A stretch of DNA of 64,000 nucleotides from Nitrospira sp. (GTDB taxonomy: Bacteria; Nitrospirota; Thermodesulfovibrionia; UBA6902), in NCBI GenBank assembly GCA_016784355.1, contig JADHUV010000009.1:8746-72745 (forward strand), read 5' to 3'. Positions within the stretch are counted from its first letter, which is position 1. The number at the start of each line of letters is the position of its first letter. Positions 28,042 to 39,182 of the stretch are shown in pieces. The notes beneath the pieces are model-generated. The model ran no database searches. It saw only the letters and a list, made by a program, of their open reading frames with translations, and was not told the DNA's origin. The position numbers were made by a program, and so were the translations under genes.

Positions 28042-29107
28042 TGGTGCTGCCAGGTCCGTCCTGGTGTGAGTCATAAATCTCCCTGAACGTCTCTGAAAGT
28101 TCCGTAAATGCTGAAAGTATATCCGGATCAAAGTGTTTCGGCATTGTTCTGCCGTCACCCTCAATCAGGATTTTACAAACGTCTTCATGGGTTATTGCTG
28201 ATTTGTACGGTCTCATGCATCTCAGTGCATCATATTGATCGCATATAATAACAATTCTTCCTTCCAGCGGGATATCACTGCCTTTAAGTCCATTAGGGTA
28301 TCCGCTACCGTCCCACCTTTCGTGATGCTGCAGCGCTATGGTGGATGCCATTTGAAGGATAGGGTGAGGCGAGTCGGCCAGGATCTTGTGGCCTATGGTT
28401 GTATGAGATTTCATTATATCAAACTCTTCTCTGGTAAAGGTCCCGGGCTTTAAGAGTATATTGTCCGGTATTCCTATCTTTCCTATATCGTGCAGGGTGC
28501 TTGCATAGGTAATGGCATCAATGAAATCAACGTTTTTATTCAGGTACTCGGATATCTTGTTTGCATAGAGCCCAATTCTGGATATGTGGGAGCCCGTCTC
28601 AACGTCTCTGAACTCTGCTACCGAGGTCAGTCTTCTTATTACTTCTCTGCTGAGATTGAAGATTTCTCTTGTCTGTTTTCTGACGGTCTCTTCAAGGCGC
28701 TGTTTATAGTCCTGCTCTACCTGCAGGAGTTCGCAGTATCTGCGGGCCTTTTCCACGGTGTCTATCAGATATTCAGGATTGTAGGGCTTTGTGATAAAAT
28801 CAAACGCCCCCTTTTTGATAGCTGCGATTGCCACATCAAGTTCGGCATATCCGGTCATGAGTATAATCGGCATTGCCGGTAAAATGGCATGAACCTTTTC
28901 AAGCAGTTGAATGCCGGACATCCCCGGCATCTTTATATCAGTAAGAATAAGCCTGGTATCAAGAGTGAGAGCCTTTTCCACCGCATCCGGCCCGTTGTTG
29001 CAGGGAATTACATTATAACCGTACTCTCTTAGCAGTGCCGCCGCCGTCTCCAGTACATAGGGGTCATCATCTACGACTATGATAGTGCCTTCAATCTGAA
29101 CGGTCAT
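28013..29107 (-). CDS. Response regulator with an HD-GYP phosphodiesterase output domain
   Basis: REC domain (IVVDDDP ... LTDIKMPGMSG ... KP). HD-GYP motifs HDIGK and HHERWDGSGYP. The 3' end overlaps the convergent ubiX by 29 nt. Confidence 0.85.
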   Translation of the reverse strand: MTVQIEGTIIVVDDDPYVLETAAALLREYGYNVIPCNNGPDAVEKALTLDTRLILTDIKMPGMSGIQLLEKVHAILPAMPIILMTGYAELDVAIAAIKKGAFDFITKPYNPEYLIDTVEKARRYCELLQVEQDYKQRLEETVRKQTREIFNLSREVIRRLTSVAEFRDVETGSHISRIGLYANKISEYLNKNVDFIDAITYASTLHDIGKIGIPDNILLKPGTFTREEFDIMKSHTTIGHKILADSPHPILQMASTIALQHHERWDGSGYPNGLKGSDIPLEGRIVIICDQYDALRCMRPYKSAITHEDVCKILIEGDGRTMPKHFDPDILSAFTELSETFREIYDSHQDGPGSTINAFPDSSA

Positions 29108-32100
29108 TTAACTGAGCACCTCTCTGATTTTGCGAACGAGCGTATATGGAGAAACCGGTTTAGATATGAAATTATGATCGTCTTCAAGAATGCCTTTTGC
29201 ATGTATCATGGCCTCTGTATAGCCGCTTGTAAATATGGCCTTAATAGCCGGTGAGTGTTTTTTAATTTCATCATAGGCATCTTTACCGCTTTTCTTGGGC
29301 ATGACAACATCGAGCAGCAATAGATTTATAATATCGCTGTGTTCTTTGAACTTGTCAATGGCATCCTGCCCGTTAACCGCTTCAATGACGGTAAACCCGA
29401 ACTCTTGCAGTATTGCTTTTTGGGCAACTCTGACATTTTTATCATCTTCCGCCAGCAGTATTGTCTCGCTGCCCTGCAGGTTGTTCATTGAAGAGAGTTC
29501 TGTAGCAATCTCAGACTTTTCCTGCATAAGAGGGATATATATTGTAAATAATGCCCCTTTTCCAGGCGAACTGTTTACATCAATATAGCCTTTATGCTGT
29601 TTAATTATACCATAAGACATTGCCAGTCCCAAACCGGTCCCTGTTCCTGAGGGTTTGGTTGTGAAAAAGGGTTCAAAGATCTTCGAGATATTTTCTTTTT
29701 TAATTCCTTTGCCTGTATCTTTGATTGTTATAAGTGCATATTCTCCTGATTTGCATACTGTGTCTGAATGTTCATAGGTTGCCTCGATTTTGTGTCGTTT
29801 TGTTTCGAGAGTTATGGTTCCGCCTTCCGGCATTGCATCTCTGGAATTGGAGGCCATATTGATAAGGATCTGTTCTATCTGTCCGCTGTCACCGAGCACC
29901 GTAAGGGGTAACATGGATATATTCGTAATGATATCGATGTCTTCCCCTATGAGTCTGGGCAGCAGTTTTGCTGTCCTGCTGAGCAACTCATTTAGATCAA
30001 GAGGCTTAAGGGAAAGTGTTTGATCTCTGCTGAAGATAAGAAGTCCCTGGGTCAGTGAAGCACCACGCTCTGTCATTGCCAGAATCTGATTAACATGGTA
30101 TAGCAATGGATCGTCCTGGTTAAGCTTCATGCGGATAAGGTTGCCATATCCTATTATAGCGGTCAGCAGGTTATTGAAATCGTGGGCGATGCCCCCTGCA
30201 AGTTGTCCGACTGCTTCCATCTTTTGAATGTGACGAAGCTGGTCCTCAAGCTTTTTATGCTCGGATATGTCCTCTATCAGGGCAAAGCTGTATTTAAGTT
30301 TATTTGCCGCATTGCGGACGGCCGTGACAGAAAGTTTTGCCCATAGAATGCTACCGTCTTTTCTTATATAACGTTTTTCCAGCTTATAGCTATCCTGTTT
30401 TCCATCAAGCATATCTTTTAATGCAACAATATTTTCATCTCTGTCTTCGGGGTGTGTTATGGCGGCGAAATTTGTCTGCAGCTCTCCCTCGTCATAACCC
30501 AGCATATTATGTAAAGCCGGATTTAATTCGATCAGGGTGCCATCCGGACTTGTTGTACACATACCTACAGGCGAGGACCTGAAAATAGTACTGAACCTTT
30601 CTTCTGCTGCCTGTGCCAGTTCACGGTCGCTGATATCGCTTACGATGCACATAATCACATGGCGCTGGTTAATTTCCATTATGCGCATATTGATTTCTAC
30701 GGGAAATACAGCCCCTGTCTTTCTTCTTTGGTGCAGGCCAATAATTGGTGTATCGCGATTTTTCTTCAGAGATTCCCTGAGTAATACGGAGAGCTGTTCT
30801 GAATCACTTAAAGGATGAAGTTGCATGAAAGGCATGCCCTTAAGCTCATCCTCGGAATAAGTGCTCATCTTAGAGGCCTTGCGGTTGCAGTCTATAATGA
30901 TCATTGTATTATCGTCTAACAGGTATACGGCATCATTTGATTCTTCAAATAATAGGCGGTATTTATTTTCTGACTCTTCCAGGAGTTTAATAGTCTGAAG
31001 CCTGTCTATCTCTGACTCGGCACGGTGTGAGAGCAGCTTGAAAAGAGATCTCGCCATCTGTTCATCTTTCATCGGCTTATCATCCATGACGGCAAGGATG
31101 CCTGTAATCTGACCGGAATTATTATATAGTCGGGTTCCTATGTAACTTTCTACCTCCATGTCAAAAAGGAGATAGTCTCCTGGAAATAACTGCTGCACAT
31201 TCTCAGGAAAAAAACAAAGAGACTCTTTCAATACCTTTTCGCAGGGGGTGTCTGCGAGCTTGTACTCAAAATTATCAATTATGCTGCCGCGCGCATATAC
31301 CGCGATAGTGCGTACTGTATCCGGTCTCTCGGGAACTATATTGCCAATGAGGGCATAGCGGGTATCCAGAGTTTCAGCTATAAATGTTGTCATGGAGTGG
31401 AAAAGCTGCTCACCTGTTTTTGTTGATATATGTTCCGCGACATGCCGCAATATGTCTTCGGCCTTTTTCCGTTCGGTGATATCTCTGATAATGCCCAGTA
31501 AATATTTTTTGCGGTTCAGTTCAATAAGTGAGTTGTGTATATCCGCATAAAAGATGCTGCCGTCTTTTCTTTTAAACGGAATATCCCGGGCCGCGAAGAT
31601 TTCATTTCTGGCCTGCTTCTCAAATTGCTCCAGTACAAACGGCAAGTCATCAGCCGGGTGAATATCATGTATTTTCAGGTTCAGGAGTTCATGCATACTG
31701 TAACCAAGCATATGAAGCATTTCTGTGTTGCAGGTATGGAATTTTTTCGTATTTATGTCGACAGCCAGTATCCCGTCCATTGCATTGTCAAAGATGGCCC
31801 TGAACTTGCCTTCTGAGTCGCGAAGTTCCATCTCTGATGCCTTCTGCCGGGATGTATCTTCTATAGTGCCTACATGAGTTCTGCTGCCAGGTGTCTCCCC
31901 CTGGAGTGTAATTGCACGTGCATGAATCCATTTGATCTCTCCCCCAGGGGTAACCACCCTTCCTGTATGGGAAAACTCTTCTTTGCTACTCAGGTATGCA
32001 CTCCATGCAGCCAGAGCATGCGGCCGGTCATTGGGATGGAAGGAATTGCACCAGCCGTTTTGGGTAATCTCCTGGAGGCTGAGTCCCGATATTTTCTGCC

Positions 32101-33076
32101 ACAGCCTGTTGGCATATATAGTATTGCCGTCCTGGTCTGCCAGGAATATTCCAATGGGCGCAGCCTCACTCAGCATCCTGAATTGTGCTTCACTTTTAAT
32201 CAGCTGCTGCTCTATCTGCTGGCGCTCAGTAATATCTCTGATAATGCCGATATTGCCGATCGCATTACCTTGTTCATTTAAGAGTTTCAGTGCATACATC
32301 TCACCGATAAAAATTTCCGAGTTTTTGCGTCTTAGCCTGACCTCTATGATCTCGCCCTTATGGTTTTCGTTTATATCAAAAACGGTATCGCCAGCACTGG
32401 CATAACTGTGGTCATCGGCATAAATTATTCTGGCGCTTTTCCCTAAAATATCATTTGCAGAATATCCGAAAACGTCAAGAAGTGCTGGTTCATTTACATT
32501 CACAATTATCCTGTCTTTGTCAGAAACTATTATTACGTCCCTGAAACTCCTGAACAAATTTTCGCCTAACTGCTCGCTTGCTGAAAGACTATTGTGTAGT
32601 GTCTTGTCCGTCTTATCAGGTGCAGCGGCATGAAGTGCCGGATCTTTTTCATTGGATTGTTCAGGTGGAGTTACCGCTTCAGGGCTATGTGGTGAGGTAA
32701 GGGTTGTATCATGCTCTGCCATTACTTCATCTAAAAGGGTCAGCAGTTGGTCCTCTGAGACCGGTTTAATTATAAAACGGGAAGCACCGAGAGAAAGTGC
32801 GAGAAGTTCATTTTTTGAATCTGTATAGGCAGCTGTATAAAAAATAAATGGAATGCCCCGGAGCTGTGTGTTAGACTTGAATTTCTGACAGAGCCTGAAA
32901 CCGTCAAGCTCCGGCAAAAGAATATCCGATATAATCATGTCAGGTTGTGATGCCTTGGCAGACTTAAAAGCCTCATCTCCGCTGGAGGTTTCGGTTACCT
33001 GATGGCCGCCTTTTTTTAGTCTGGCCTTTAGTTTTGATCTGGAGGTTGTGTTTGCATCTGATATTAATATGTGCAC
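29108..33076 (-). CDS. Hybrid sensor histidine kinase: N-terminal REC, multiple PAS domains, a GAF-like region, HisKA/HATPase and a C-terminal REC
   Basis: H-box GGIAHDFNNLLTAI. N/G boxes (NSRDAM, DTGKGI, GTGLGL). PAS-type repeats throughout. REC domains at both termini. The stop abuts the ATG of the HD-GYP regulator (TAAATG). Confidence 0.85.
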   Translation of the reverse strand: MHILISDANTTSRSKLKARLKKGGHQVTETSSGDEAFKSAKASQPDMIISDILLPELDGFRLCQKFKSNTQLRGIPFIFYTAAYTDSKNELLALSLGASRFIIKPVSEDQLLTLLDEVMAEHDTTLTSPHSPEAVTPPEQSNEKDPALHAAAPDKTDKTLHNSLSASEQLGENLFRSFRDVIIVSDKDRIIVNVNEPALLDVFGYSANDILGKSARIIYADDHSYASAGDTVFDINENHKGEIIEVRLRRKNSEIFIGEMYALKLLNEQGNAIGNIGIIRDITERQQIEQQLIKSEAQFRMLSEAAPIGIFLADQDGNTIYANRLWQKISGLSLQEITQNGWCNSFHPNDRPHALAAWSAYLSSKEEFSHTGRVVTPGGEIKWIHARAITLQGETPGSRTHVGTIEDTSRQKASEMELRDSEGKFRAIFDNAMDGILAVDINTKKFHTCNTEMLHMLGYSMHELLNLKIHDIHPADDLPFVLEQFEKQARNEIFAARDIPFKRKDGSIFYADIHNSLIELNRKKYLLGIIRDITERKKAEDILRHVAEHISTKTGEQLFHSMTTFIAETLDTRYALIGNIVPERPDTVRTIAVYARGSIIDNFEYKLADTPCEKVLKESLCFFPENVQQLFPGDYLLFDMEVESYIGTRLYNNSGQITGILAVMDDKPMKDEQMARSLFKLLSHRAESEIDRLQTIKLLEESENKYRLLFEESNDAVYLLDDNTMIIIDCNRKASKMSTYSEDELKGMPFMQLHPLSDSEQLSVLLRESLKKNRDTPIIGLHQRRKTGAVFPVEINMRIMEINQRHVIMCIVSDISDRELAQAAEERFSTIFRSSPVGMCTTSPDGTLIELNPALHNMLGYDEGELQTNFAAITHPEDRDENIVALKDMLDGKQDSYKLEKRYIRKDGSILWAKLSVTAVRNAANKLKYSFALIEDISEHKKLEDQLRHIQKMEAVGQLAGGIAHDFNNLLTAIIGYGNLIRMKLNQDDPLLYHVNQILAMTERGASLTQGLLIFSRDQTLSLKPLDLNELLSRTAKLLPRLIGEDIDIITNISMLPLTVLGDSGQIEQILINMASNSRDAMPEGGTITLETKRHKIEATYEHSDTVCKSGEYALITIKDTGKGIKKENISKIFEPFFTTKPSGTGTGLGLAMSYGIIKQHKGYIDVNSSPGKGALFTIYIPLMQEKSEIATELSSMNNLQGSETILLAEDDKNVRVAQKAILQEFGFTVIEAVNGQDAIDKFKEHSDIINLLLLDVVMPKKSGKDAYDEIKKHSPAIKAIFTSGYTEAMIHAKGILEDDHNFISKPVSPYTLVRKIREVLS

Positions 33077-33136
33077 GTTTTTAAATATCCTTTATCGACC
33101 CCTGTTAACACAAATAAGGCAAAAGTCTGTTGAATA

Positions 33137-35548
33137 TCAGCTTTGTTCATGCATTACCATTTTTATCATTTCCAGCAGGGCACTGGGTGATACCGGTTTT
33201 GAGAGAAAGTGCAGTCCGTTGTCTAGCAGCTCTTTTTTCTTAATATTATCTGCTGTATAGCCGCTTGTGAAGATAATTTTTATATGAGGATCCAAGGTCT
33301 TGATTTCTTCATATGCCTCTTTGCCATTTTTAACCGGCATTATTACATCAAATAAAAGAAGCGTTATATTGTCCCTGTTAATCATGAATTTAGCGATAGC
33401 ATCCTGTCCATCTGCTGCCTCGATAACAGTGTAGCCGTACTCTTCCAGGATGAACTTTAAGGCCTCTCTAACTTCATCTTCATCCTCAGCAAGAAGTATT
33501 GTGCCGGTACCGTTGGGCGGGTCAGGCAATGTCTTTGTTTGTTCAATATGCTTAGGTTGTTTTGCTGCCGGGATCAGTATCCTGAAGGTAGTGCCGCCTT
33601 TAGGCTCGCTGTATACATTTATATAGCCCTTATGCTGTTTCATTATCCCGTATGCCATGGAAAGGCCGAGCCCTGTGCCCTGACCGACATCTTTTGTGGT
33701 AAAAAAAGGCTCAAATATTTTTTCTTTTGTGTCGGTGGTCATGCCGGAGCCTGTATCACTGACGGATATAAGGGCGTATTTTCCTTCCCTGCCGTATCCG
33801 TGAGTCTGTTTAAACATACTGTCAATAGTAAAGAGGGAGATTCCAATGGTAAAAGTTCCCCCGTCAGGCATGGCATCACGGGCATTGGAAGCAAGGTTGA
33901 TAAGTATATGCTCGATTTGACTGATATCAGCCATTACATAGAGTTCGTCTTCAGGGATCTGGATTTTCATCTCAATGTTTTCACCGAGCATTCTTTTTAG
34001 CAGTTTCTCCACTCCTGCCAGCAAAAGGCTGAGCGAGACAGGCTGTATATTCATGACCTGTTTTCTGCTGAATGCAAGAAGACTCTTTGTCAGTAATGCC
34101 CCGCGATCTGAAATTGTCAGTATCTGATTAATGTAGTGCATCATATTATCATTTTCTGGAAGTTTCATTCGCAGCAGGCTGCCGTAGCTTATAACAGCGG
34201 TCAGCAGGTTGTTGAAATCGTGGGCGATACCCCCTGCAAGCTGGCCGACCGCCTCAAGCTTTTGAGAGTGTTGAAGCTGCGTTTCCAGCTTATTCTGTAT
34301 TGTAATATCCTTTATATTGATCAAAGCTACTGCCTGCTGATCTATTTCTATCGTAACATAGCTAATATCTGCCTGGAATACAGTGCCGTCGTGTCTTATA
34401 ACAGAAATGTCATGAATTATTACGGGACTGCTATTGTCGCTTGCTGCACGCTCAGCTTCTATAAACTTAAGGTCCTCTGGTGTATGAATATCACTAAGCA
34501 TCAGTGATGTAAGTTCTTCCGTACTGTAGCCAAGCATCTCAGTAAGAGTACGGTTACCGGTTATGGTCTTATTTATCTCAGGATTGATCAGCAGTATTCC
34601 GTCTGCTGCATTATCAAAGATTGCCCGGAATCTGGCCTCTGACTCTTTTAAATCTCTGTTTGCCTTTTTGTACTGGGTCGTGTCATGTCCGATAGCTATG
34701 GTGCCTATTATCCTGGAGTTATTGTCGGTCATGGGACTGATATTCCATATAATGTGCCGTGGCTCTTCCGAGGGGGTGAAGACCGGGCATTCAAAGTCCT
34801 TAACTTCCGCCCCGGATATAGCTTCATCGACCTTAGCTGTAAATGCCTTTGAGTATTCGCCTTTAAGGCATAAATTGAAAAAATTCTTTCCGAGGACATC
34901 TTCTTTTTTTCTGCCGAATATTTTTTCCGCCTCTTGATTGAACTCGGTAATCGTCTGGTCCGTTGATATGCAGACTATGGAGCAGGCAGCATGCTCAACC
35001 AGGAGCCGGAAGCGTGCTTCGCTGGCCTGCAGTTCGCTTTCTTTTTGCTTCAGGGCGCGGTGCTCTTTCTCAAGCTCTTTCAGCTTTTTATCAAGTTTGT
35101 TTGAGAGGCGATTATCGTACATTTCCATCAATACGGGTGTTGGGTTACTTGGATGTTCCGGGACCTTCAGCGAATTGTTTTTAAACGTTAGAATAATCTC
35201 ATTTATTATCTTGAGAAACTGGTCATTTTCAAGCGGCTTGATTAAAAATTTTGATGCCCCGAGTGAAAGTGCAAGCTGCTCGTCTTTAGGATCAGTATAG
35301 GTGGCTGTATAGAAGACGAAGGGCACTTTGCTGAGAGTGCTGTCCTGCTTGGCCATGCGGCAAAATGTGAAGCCGTCCATTTCAGGCATGAGTATGTCTG
35401 ATATAATCATTTCCGGAAGGAACTCTCTCGCTATCTTCAGGGCTTCTGCACCATTTGCTGCACCCCTGACTTCATAGCCGGCAGATTCCAGATTTTTTTT
35501 TAGTATAATCCTGGAGTCTTCAGTGTCTTCCGCGATAAGAATTCTCAT
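33137..35548 (-). CDS. Hybrid sensor histidine kinase: N-terminal REC, a coiled coil, two PAS domains, HisKA/HATPase and a C-terminal REC (paralogue of the downstream kinase)
   Basis: Same H-box GGIAHDFNNLLTAV, N/G boxes and REC domains at both ends. The N-terminal REC shares the unusual block FYTA.YTD...E.LALSLGAS.F.IKP with the neighbouring kinase. Confidence 0.85.
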   Translation of the reverse strand: MRILIAEDTEDSRIILKKNLESAGYEVRGAANGAEALKIAREFLPEMIISDILMPEMDGFTFCRMAKQDSTLSKVPFVFYTATYTDPKDEQLALSLGASKFLIKPLENDQFLKIINEIILTFKNNSLKVPEHPSNPTPVLMEMYDNRLSNKLDKKLKELEKEHRALKQKESELQASEARFRLLVEHAACSIVCISTDQTITEFNQEAEKIFGRKKEDVLGKNFFNLCLKGEYSKAFTAKVDEAISGAEVKDFECPVFTPSEEPRHIIWNISPMTDNNSRIIGTIAIGHDTTQYKKANRDLKESEARFRAIFDNAADGILLINPEINKTITGNRTLTEMLGYSTEELTSLMLSDIHTPEDLKFIEAERAASDNSSPVIIHDISVIRHDGTVFQADISYVTIEIDQQAVALINIKDITIQNKLETQLQHSQKLEAVGQLAGGIAHDFNNLLTAVISYGSLLRMKLPENDNMMHYINQILTISDRGALLTKSLLAFSRKQVMNIQPVSLSLLLAGVEKLLKRMLGENIEMKIQIPEDELYVMADISQIEHILINLASNARDAMPDGGTFTIGISLFTIDSMFKQTHGYGREGKYALISVSDTGSGMTTDTKEKIFEPFFTTKDVGQGTGLGLSMAYGIMKQHKGYINVYSEPKGGTTFRILIPAAKQPKHIEQTKTLPDPPNGTGTILLAEDEDEVREALKFILEEYGYTVIEAADGQDAIAKFMINRDNITLLLFDVIMPVKNGKEAYEEIKTLDPHIKIIFTSGYTADNIKKKELLDNGLHFLSKPVSPSALLEMIKMVMHEQS

Positions 35549-36050
35549 TGATACAGATCCCTTTACCCTTTTGATTGGATATATAAGGCGTCGATTAAAT
35601 AAATGGGTTTAATAAAGCCGCTACATTCTATGACCGGAAGATTTTTTCAAATCTAACGGTATCCTGTTTTTGCCCATTATAAACGTTGTGTTGTTCCCGG
35701 TCCCTTTGCGTCTAACAACATTGCCTTATATAATATTGGTTCAGATATATATATCATATGTAAAATCATAGCAGAAAATTTCGAGAATTCATATGGCTAT
35801 TGAAACTATTTATATATAACAGAGGCTTCGCCTGACATGCCTGTAATTTTAATGTTTCCTTTTATAATCTGATACTAAGGGGTTTGCATTAAACAGTGGA
35901 TATCTGAAGTAGAGTTGAATATATCGATCTAATATGGTTAAATACTCAACCTGAGAGCCGGTTCTATATTTACAGAGTATGGCGGCTTATACCAATAGAA
36001 GAATACAGATGCAAAAATTAATATCGTGATTACTGAAAGGAAATTTAACT

Positions 36051-37127
36051 ATGTATAACGTAACTCTAATACCCGGTGACGGCACCGGACCAGAAATTTG
36101 TGAGGCTGTAGTAAGGGTGCTTGAGGCAACGGGTGTTTCATTTAGCTGGGATGTCCAGAATGCCGGCGAGGAAGTTTACCATAATGAAGGCAATCCGCTG
36201 CCGGCCAGAGTGCTTGATTCAATAAGAAAAAACAAGATTGCGATCAAGGGTCCGATTACTACACCAGTCGGTACAGGGTTCAGGAGCGTAAATGTAGCCC
36301 TCAGGCAGGAACTGGATCTGTATAGCTGTGTGAGGCCATGCAAGACTTATGAAGGGGTCAGGACAAGGTTTGATCATATTGATCTTGTTATATTCCGGGA
36401 AAATACGGAAGACCTGTATGCAGGTATAGAGTACGAAAAGGGCTCCGAGGGAGTTGCTGCTATGATTGATTTAGTAAAAAAACATTCCGGAAGGGATATT
36501 CGTCCTGATTCCGGCATAAGCATCAAGCCCATATCTGTTTTCGGGACTGAACGCATTGTCAGAGCGGCCTTTGAGTATGCAAGGCAGAACAACCGCAAGA
36601 AAGTCACATCGGTTCATAAGGCTAATATTATGAAGTACTCTGACGGACTGTTTCTTGAGGTCTCAAGAAATGTTGCAAAGGACTACCCTGATATTGAGTT
36701 TGATGATAAGATTATTGATAATATGTGCATGCAGCTTGTTCAAAAGCCAGAGCTTTATGATGTATTGGTACTTCCTAATCTATATGGTGATATCGTATCT
36801 GATCTGGCGGCCGGCCTGGTTGGCGGGCTTGGAATGGCACCTGGTGCCAATATTGGGAAAGACTGTGCTGTATTTGAGGCAACCCATGGAAGTGCGCCTA
36901 AGTATAAAGGGCTGAATAAGGTAAATCCCCTTGCCGTACTCCTGAGCGGAGAGATGATGCTCCGTCATCTGGGGGAGATCGAGTCAGCCGACAGGCTTGA
37001 TAAGGCAATTGCAGATGTCATAAGAGAAGGGAAGGATGTCACCTATGACATGAAGCCTTCCCCTGATGACCCGGGCGCAGTGACAACTTCGGGTATGGCA
37101 GATGCGATAATTGCAAAAATGAAATAA
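36051..37127 (+). CDS. Isocitrate/isopropylmalate dehydrogenase family enzyme (probably NAD-dependent isocitrate dehydrogenase)
   Basis: N-terminus [11 protein letters not shown], the [10 protein letters not shown] block and [19 protein letters not shown]. Confidence 0.75.
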   Translation: MYNVTLIPGDGTGPEICEAVVRVLEATGVSFSWDVQNAGEEVYHNEGNPLPARVLDSIRKNKIAIKGPITTPVGTGFRSVNVALRQELDLYSCVRPCKTYEGVRTRFDHIDLVIFRENTEDLYAGIEYEKGSEGVAAMIDLVKKHSGRDIRPDSGISIKPISVFGTERIVRAAFEYARQNNRKKVTSVHKANIMKYSDGLFLEVSRNVAKDYPDIEFDDKIIDNMCMQLVQKPELYDVLVLPNLYGDIVSDLAAGLVGGLGMAPGANIGKDCAVFEATHGSAPKYKGLNKVNPLAVLLSGEMMLRHLGEIESADRLDKAIADVIREGKDVTYDMKPSPDDPGAVTTSGMADAIIAKMK

Positions 37128-37130
37128 TAC

Positions 37131-38393
37131 ATGGATCCCGACTCGTTAAGTTTTATAGTCATAATAATTTGTATTGTTTTTATAGCACTTCTTTCTAGTT
37201 CTGAAGTTGCGTTTATATCCATTAATCGGATAAGGCTCAGGCATCTTGTAGAAACAGGGGATAAAAATGCCGAAATTGCCCAGAAAATCAGGGATGAGCA
37301 TGACCGCCTTTTCAGCGCTGTAATTCTTTCCGGGAATCTGTTTACTGTACTTGCAACCTCTATAGGCACCGCACTTGCGATCAGGCAGCTTGGTCCGGAT
37401 ATCGGTATTATTGTAGCTACGGTTGTGATGACAGTGCTTACGGTAATCTTCGGTGAACTTGCCCCTAAGACCTTTGCTGTAACTCATGCAGAAAGCATTT
37501 CTTTGAAATTTGCCAAACCCATACTCTTTTATATCAAGCTGATCTCTCCTTTGGTTTTTATTTTTAATAAAACTTCTAATGGCATTATCAGAATTATCGG
37601 GGGCGAGGTTAAGCCTACTCCTCAGATGCTCACAGAAGAGGAGATGAAGTCCATGATAAATTTGTGCGGAGAAGAGGGTACACTTGAGAAAGAAGAGACC
37701 GCGATGCTGCACAATGTTTTTGCGTTTGGAGATAAAAAAGTCACAGAGGCAATGGTCCCGAGGACGGAGATTACAGCTATATCAGAAGATGCCGAGGTCA
37801 GCGAGGTTCTTTATCTTGTAAGTGAGCAAGGTTATTCACGCTACCCTGTAATAAAAGAAACCATGGATAATATAATAGGCCTTGTGTATGTCAAGGATAT
37901 TGTGCGCAAAATGGCAGTGGAAAATGTCCCCTCAGATACCAGGATTAAAAAATTTATACGTGATGCATATTATATACCTGAGAGTAAGATGGTTACAGCT
38001 TTGCTTGATGATATGCAGAAGGACAAGTTTCAGATAGCAATAGTTGTTGATGAGCATGGTGGTACGGCCGGACTGATTACCCTGGAGGATATAATGGAAG
38101 AGATAGTCGGGAGTCTGCAGGATGAATTTGAGGCTCTGGAGGCTGAAAAAGAAGTTGAGATCGTTGATGAAAGAACATTTGTTGTTTCGGGTAATACCGG
38201 GATTGATGAGATTAATGAGTTGATCGGAATTGAGCTGGATGATGAAGAATTCCATACGATTGGCGGCGTATTATTTGGGCTGTTCGGGCATCTTCCGAAG
38301 GTTGGAGAACAACTGCGTTATCACGGTTTAAGGTTTTTAATCCTGGAGATGGACAGCAAAAAGATTGAAAAAATCAAAATAACCAAGCTTTAG
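37131..38393 (+). CDS. CNNM/DUF21-CBS-CorC_HlyC family membrane protein (hemolysin-family/Mg-Co efflux-like)
   Basis: N-terminal 4-TM DUF21 region, a CBS pair and the C-terminal CorC/HlyC block (HTIGGVLFGLFGHLPKVGE). Confidence 0.85.
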   Translation: MDPDSLSFIVIIICIVFIALLSSSEVAFISINRIRLRHLVETGDKNAEIAQKIRDEHDRLFSAVILSGNLFTVLATSIGTALAIRQLGPDIGIIVATVVMTVLTVIFGELAPKTFAVTHAESISLKFAKPILFYIKLISPLVFIFNKTSNGIIRIIGGEVKPTPQMLTEEEMKSMINLCGEEGTLEKEETAMLHNVFAFGDKKVTEAMVPRTEITAISEDAEVSEVLYLVSEQGYSRYPVIKETMDNIIGLVYVKDIVRKMAVENVPSDTRIKKFIRDAYYIPESKMVTALLDDMQKDKFQIAIVVDEHGGTAGLITLEDIMEEIVGSLQDEFEALEAEKEVEIVDERTFVVSGNTGIDEINELIGIELDDEEFHTIGGVLFGLFGHLPKVGEQLRYHGLRFLILEMDSKKIEKIKITKL

Positions 38394-38440
38394 CTTCCGG
38401 TTTAATTATGACTGTATGTCTCTATATAGTTACTGCAATA

Positions 38441-39166
38441 CTATTTAATTCGATCTACCCATAACGCAGTTGCGCCTGAAATCGCTGCCGGCATTGCTAT
38501 GAAGTTGATAACTGGTATAATCGCCAGAATTGTCACGGCAGCACCAAATCCCATAACCAGACTTTTTCGCGATCGCAGTTGATTCCTGCCCTCGGAAAAG
38601 TATATCCGGTTGTTCTCCATGGGATATGAGGTGAACTCAAGCGCAAGCATCCAGGATGTAAATAGAAACCACACAGCAGGAAAGAAAAGGCTCGCAAACG
38701 GCAGGAGCAGAAGTAAGAGTACTGCCAGGCTGCGTAATACAAAGTATCCCAGCTTCTTTGACTCATTGATAATGGAAGGGATAATGGTGCTTAAAAAACC
38801 GATATTATCTGAATCCGAGTGAGTCCTGCCTTCAAGTATAGCCTCTGTTTTTTCTGCCAGGAGACTGTTAAATGGTGAGGCAATAAGATTGGCGAGCAGC
38901 AGAAATGTGAAAAATATCACGACCATTATCAGTGTATAGAATAGGATCCATAGAAAAATTGCAGTGATGTCTGTCCACCAGCTGTTTTGAGGCAGGAGCC
39001 AGTTTAGAAAAACCTCATACTGGATATAACCTGTATAGATTGCAGCGGTGAAGAGTATGGCATTGATAATAAGCGGTATGTAAACATAGGGTCGCAGTTC
39101 GGGTCTTGAAATAAGTTTAATTCCCTTTAATCCATAGCGAAACCCTGCAAAAAAATCAGTTAACAT
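38441..39166 (-). CDS. EI24/CysZ-like integral membrane protein
   Basis: About 240 aa with a 4-TM topology and overall resemblance to CysZ/EI24 proteins. No diagnostic motif verified. Confidence 0.45.
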   Translation of the reverse strand: MLTDFFAGFRYGLKGIKLISRPELRPYVYIPLIINAILFTAAIYTGYIQYEVFLNWLLPQNSWWTDITAIFLWILFYTLIMVVIFFTFLLLANLIASPFNSLLAEKTEAILEGRTHSDSDNIGFLSTIIPSIINESKKLGYFVLRSLAVLLLLLLPFASLFFPAVWFLFTSWMLALEFTSYPMENNRIYFSEGRNQLRSRKSLVMGFGAAVTILAIIPVINFIAMPAAISGATALWVDRIK

Positions 39167-39182
39167 GAGAGGCGAAGGCTGT

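Noticed and set aside
37146-37712. Long antisense or alternative-frame ORFs inside confident genes, for example 37146-37712(-), 61354-61842(-), 62722-63255(-), 60602-61063(+), 31932-32405(+), 33539-34000(+) and 22604-23038(+).
   Set aside because: Each is fully nested in a gene with clear family motifs. Their translations are low-complexity, Cys/Arg/Ser-rich and show no motifs. They are typical shadow ORFs.
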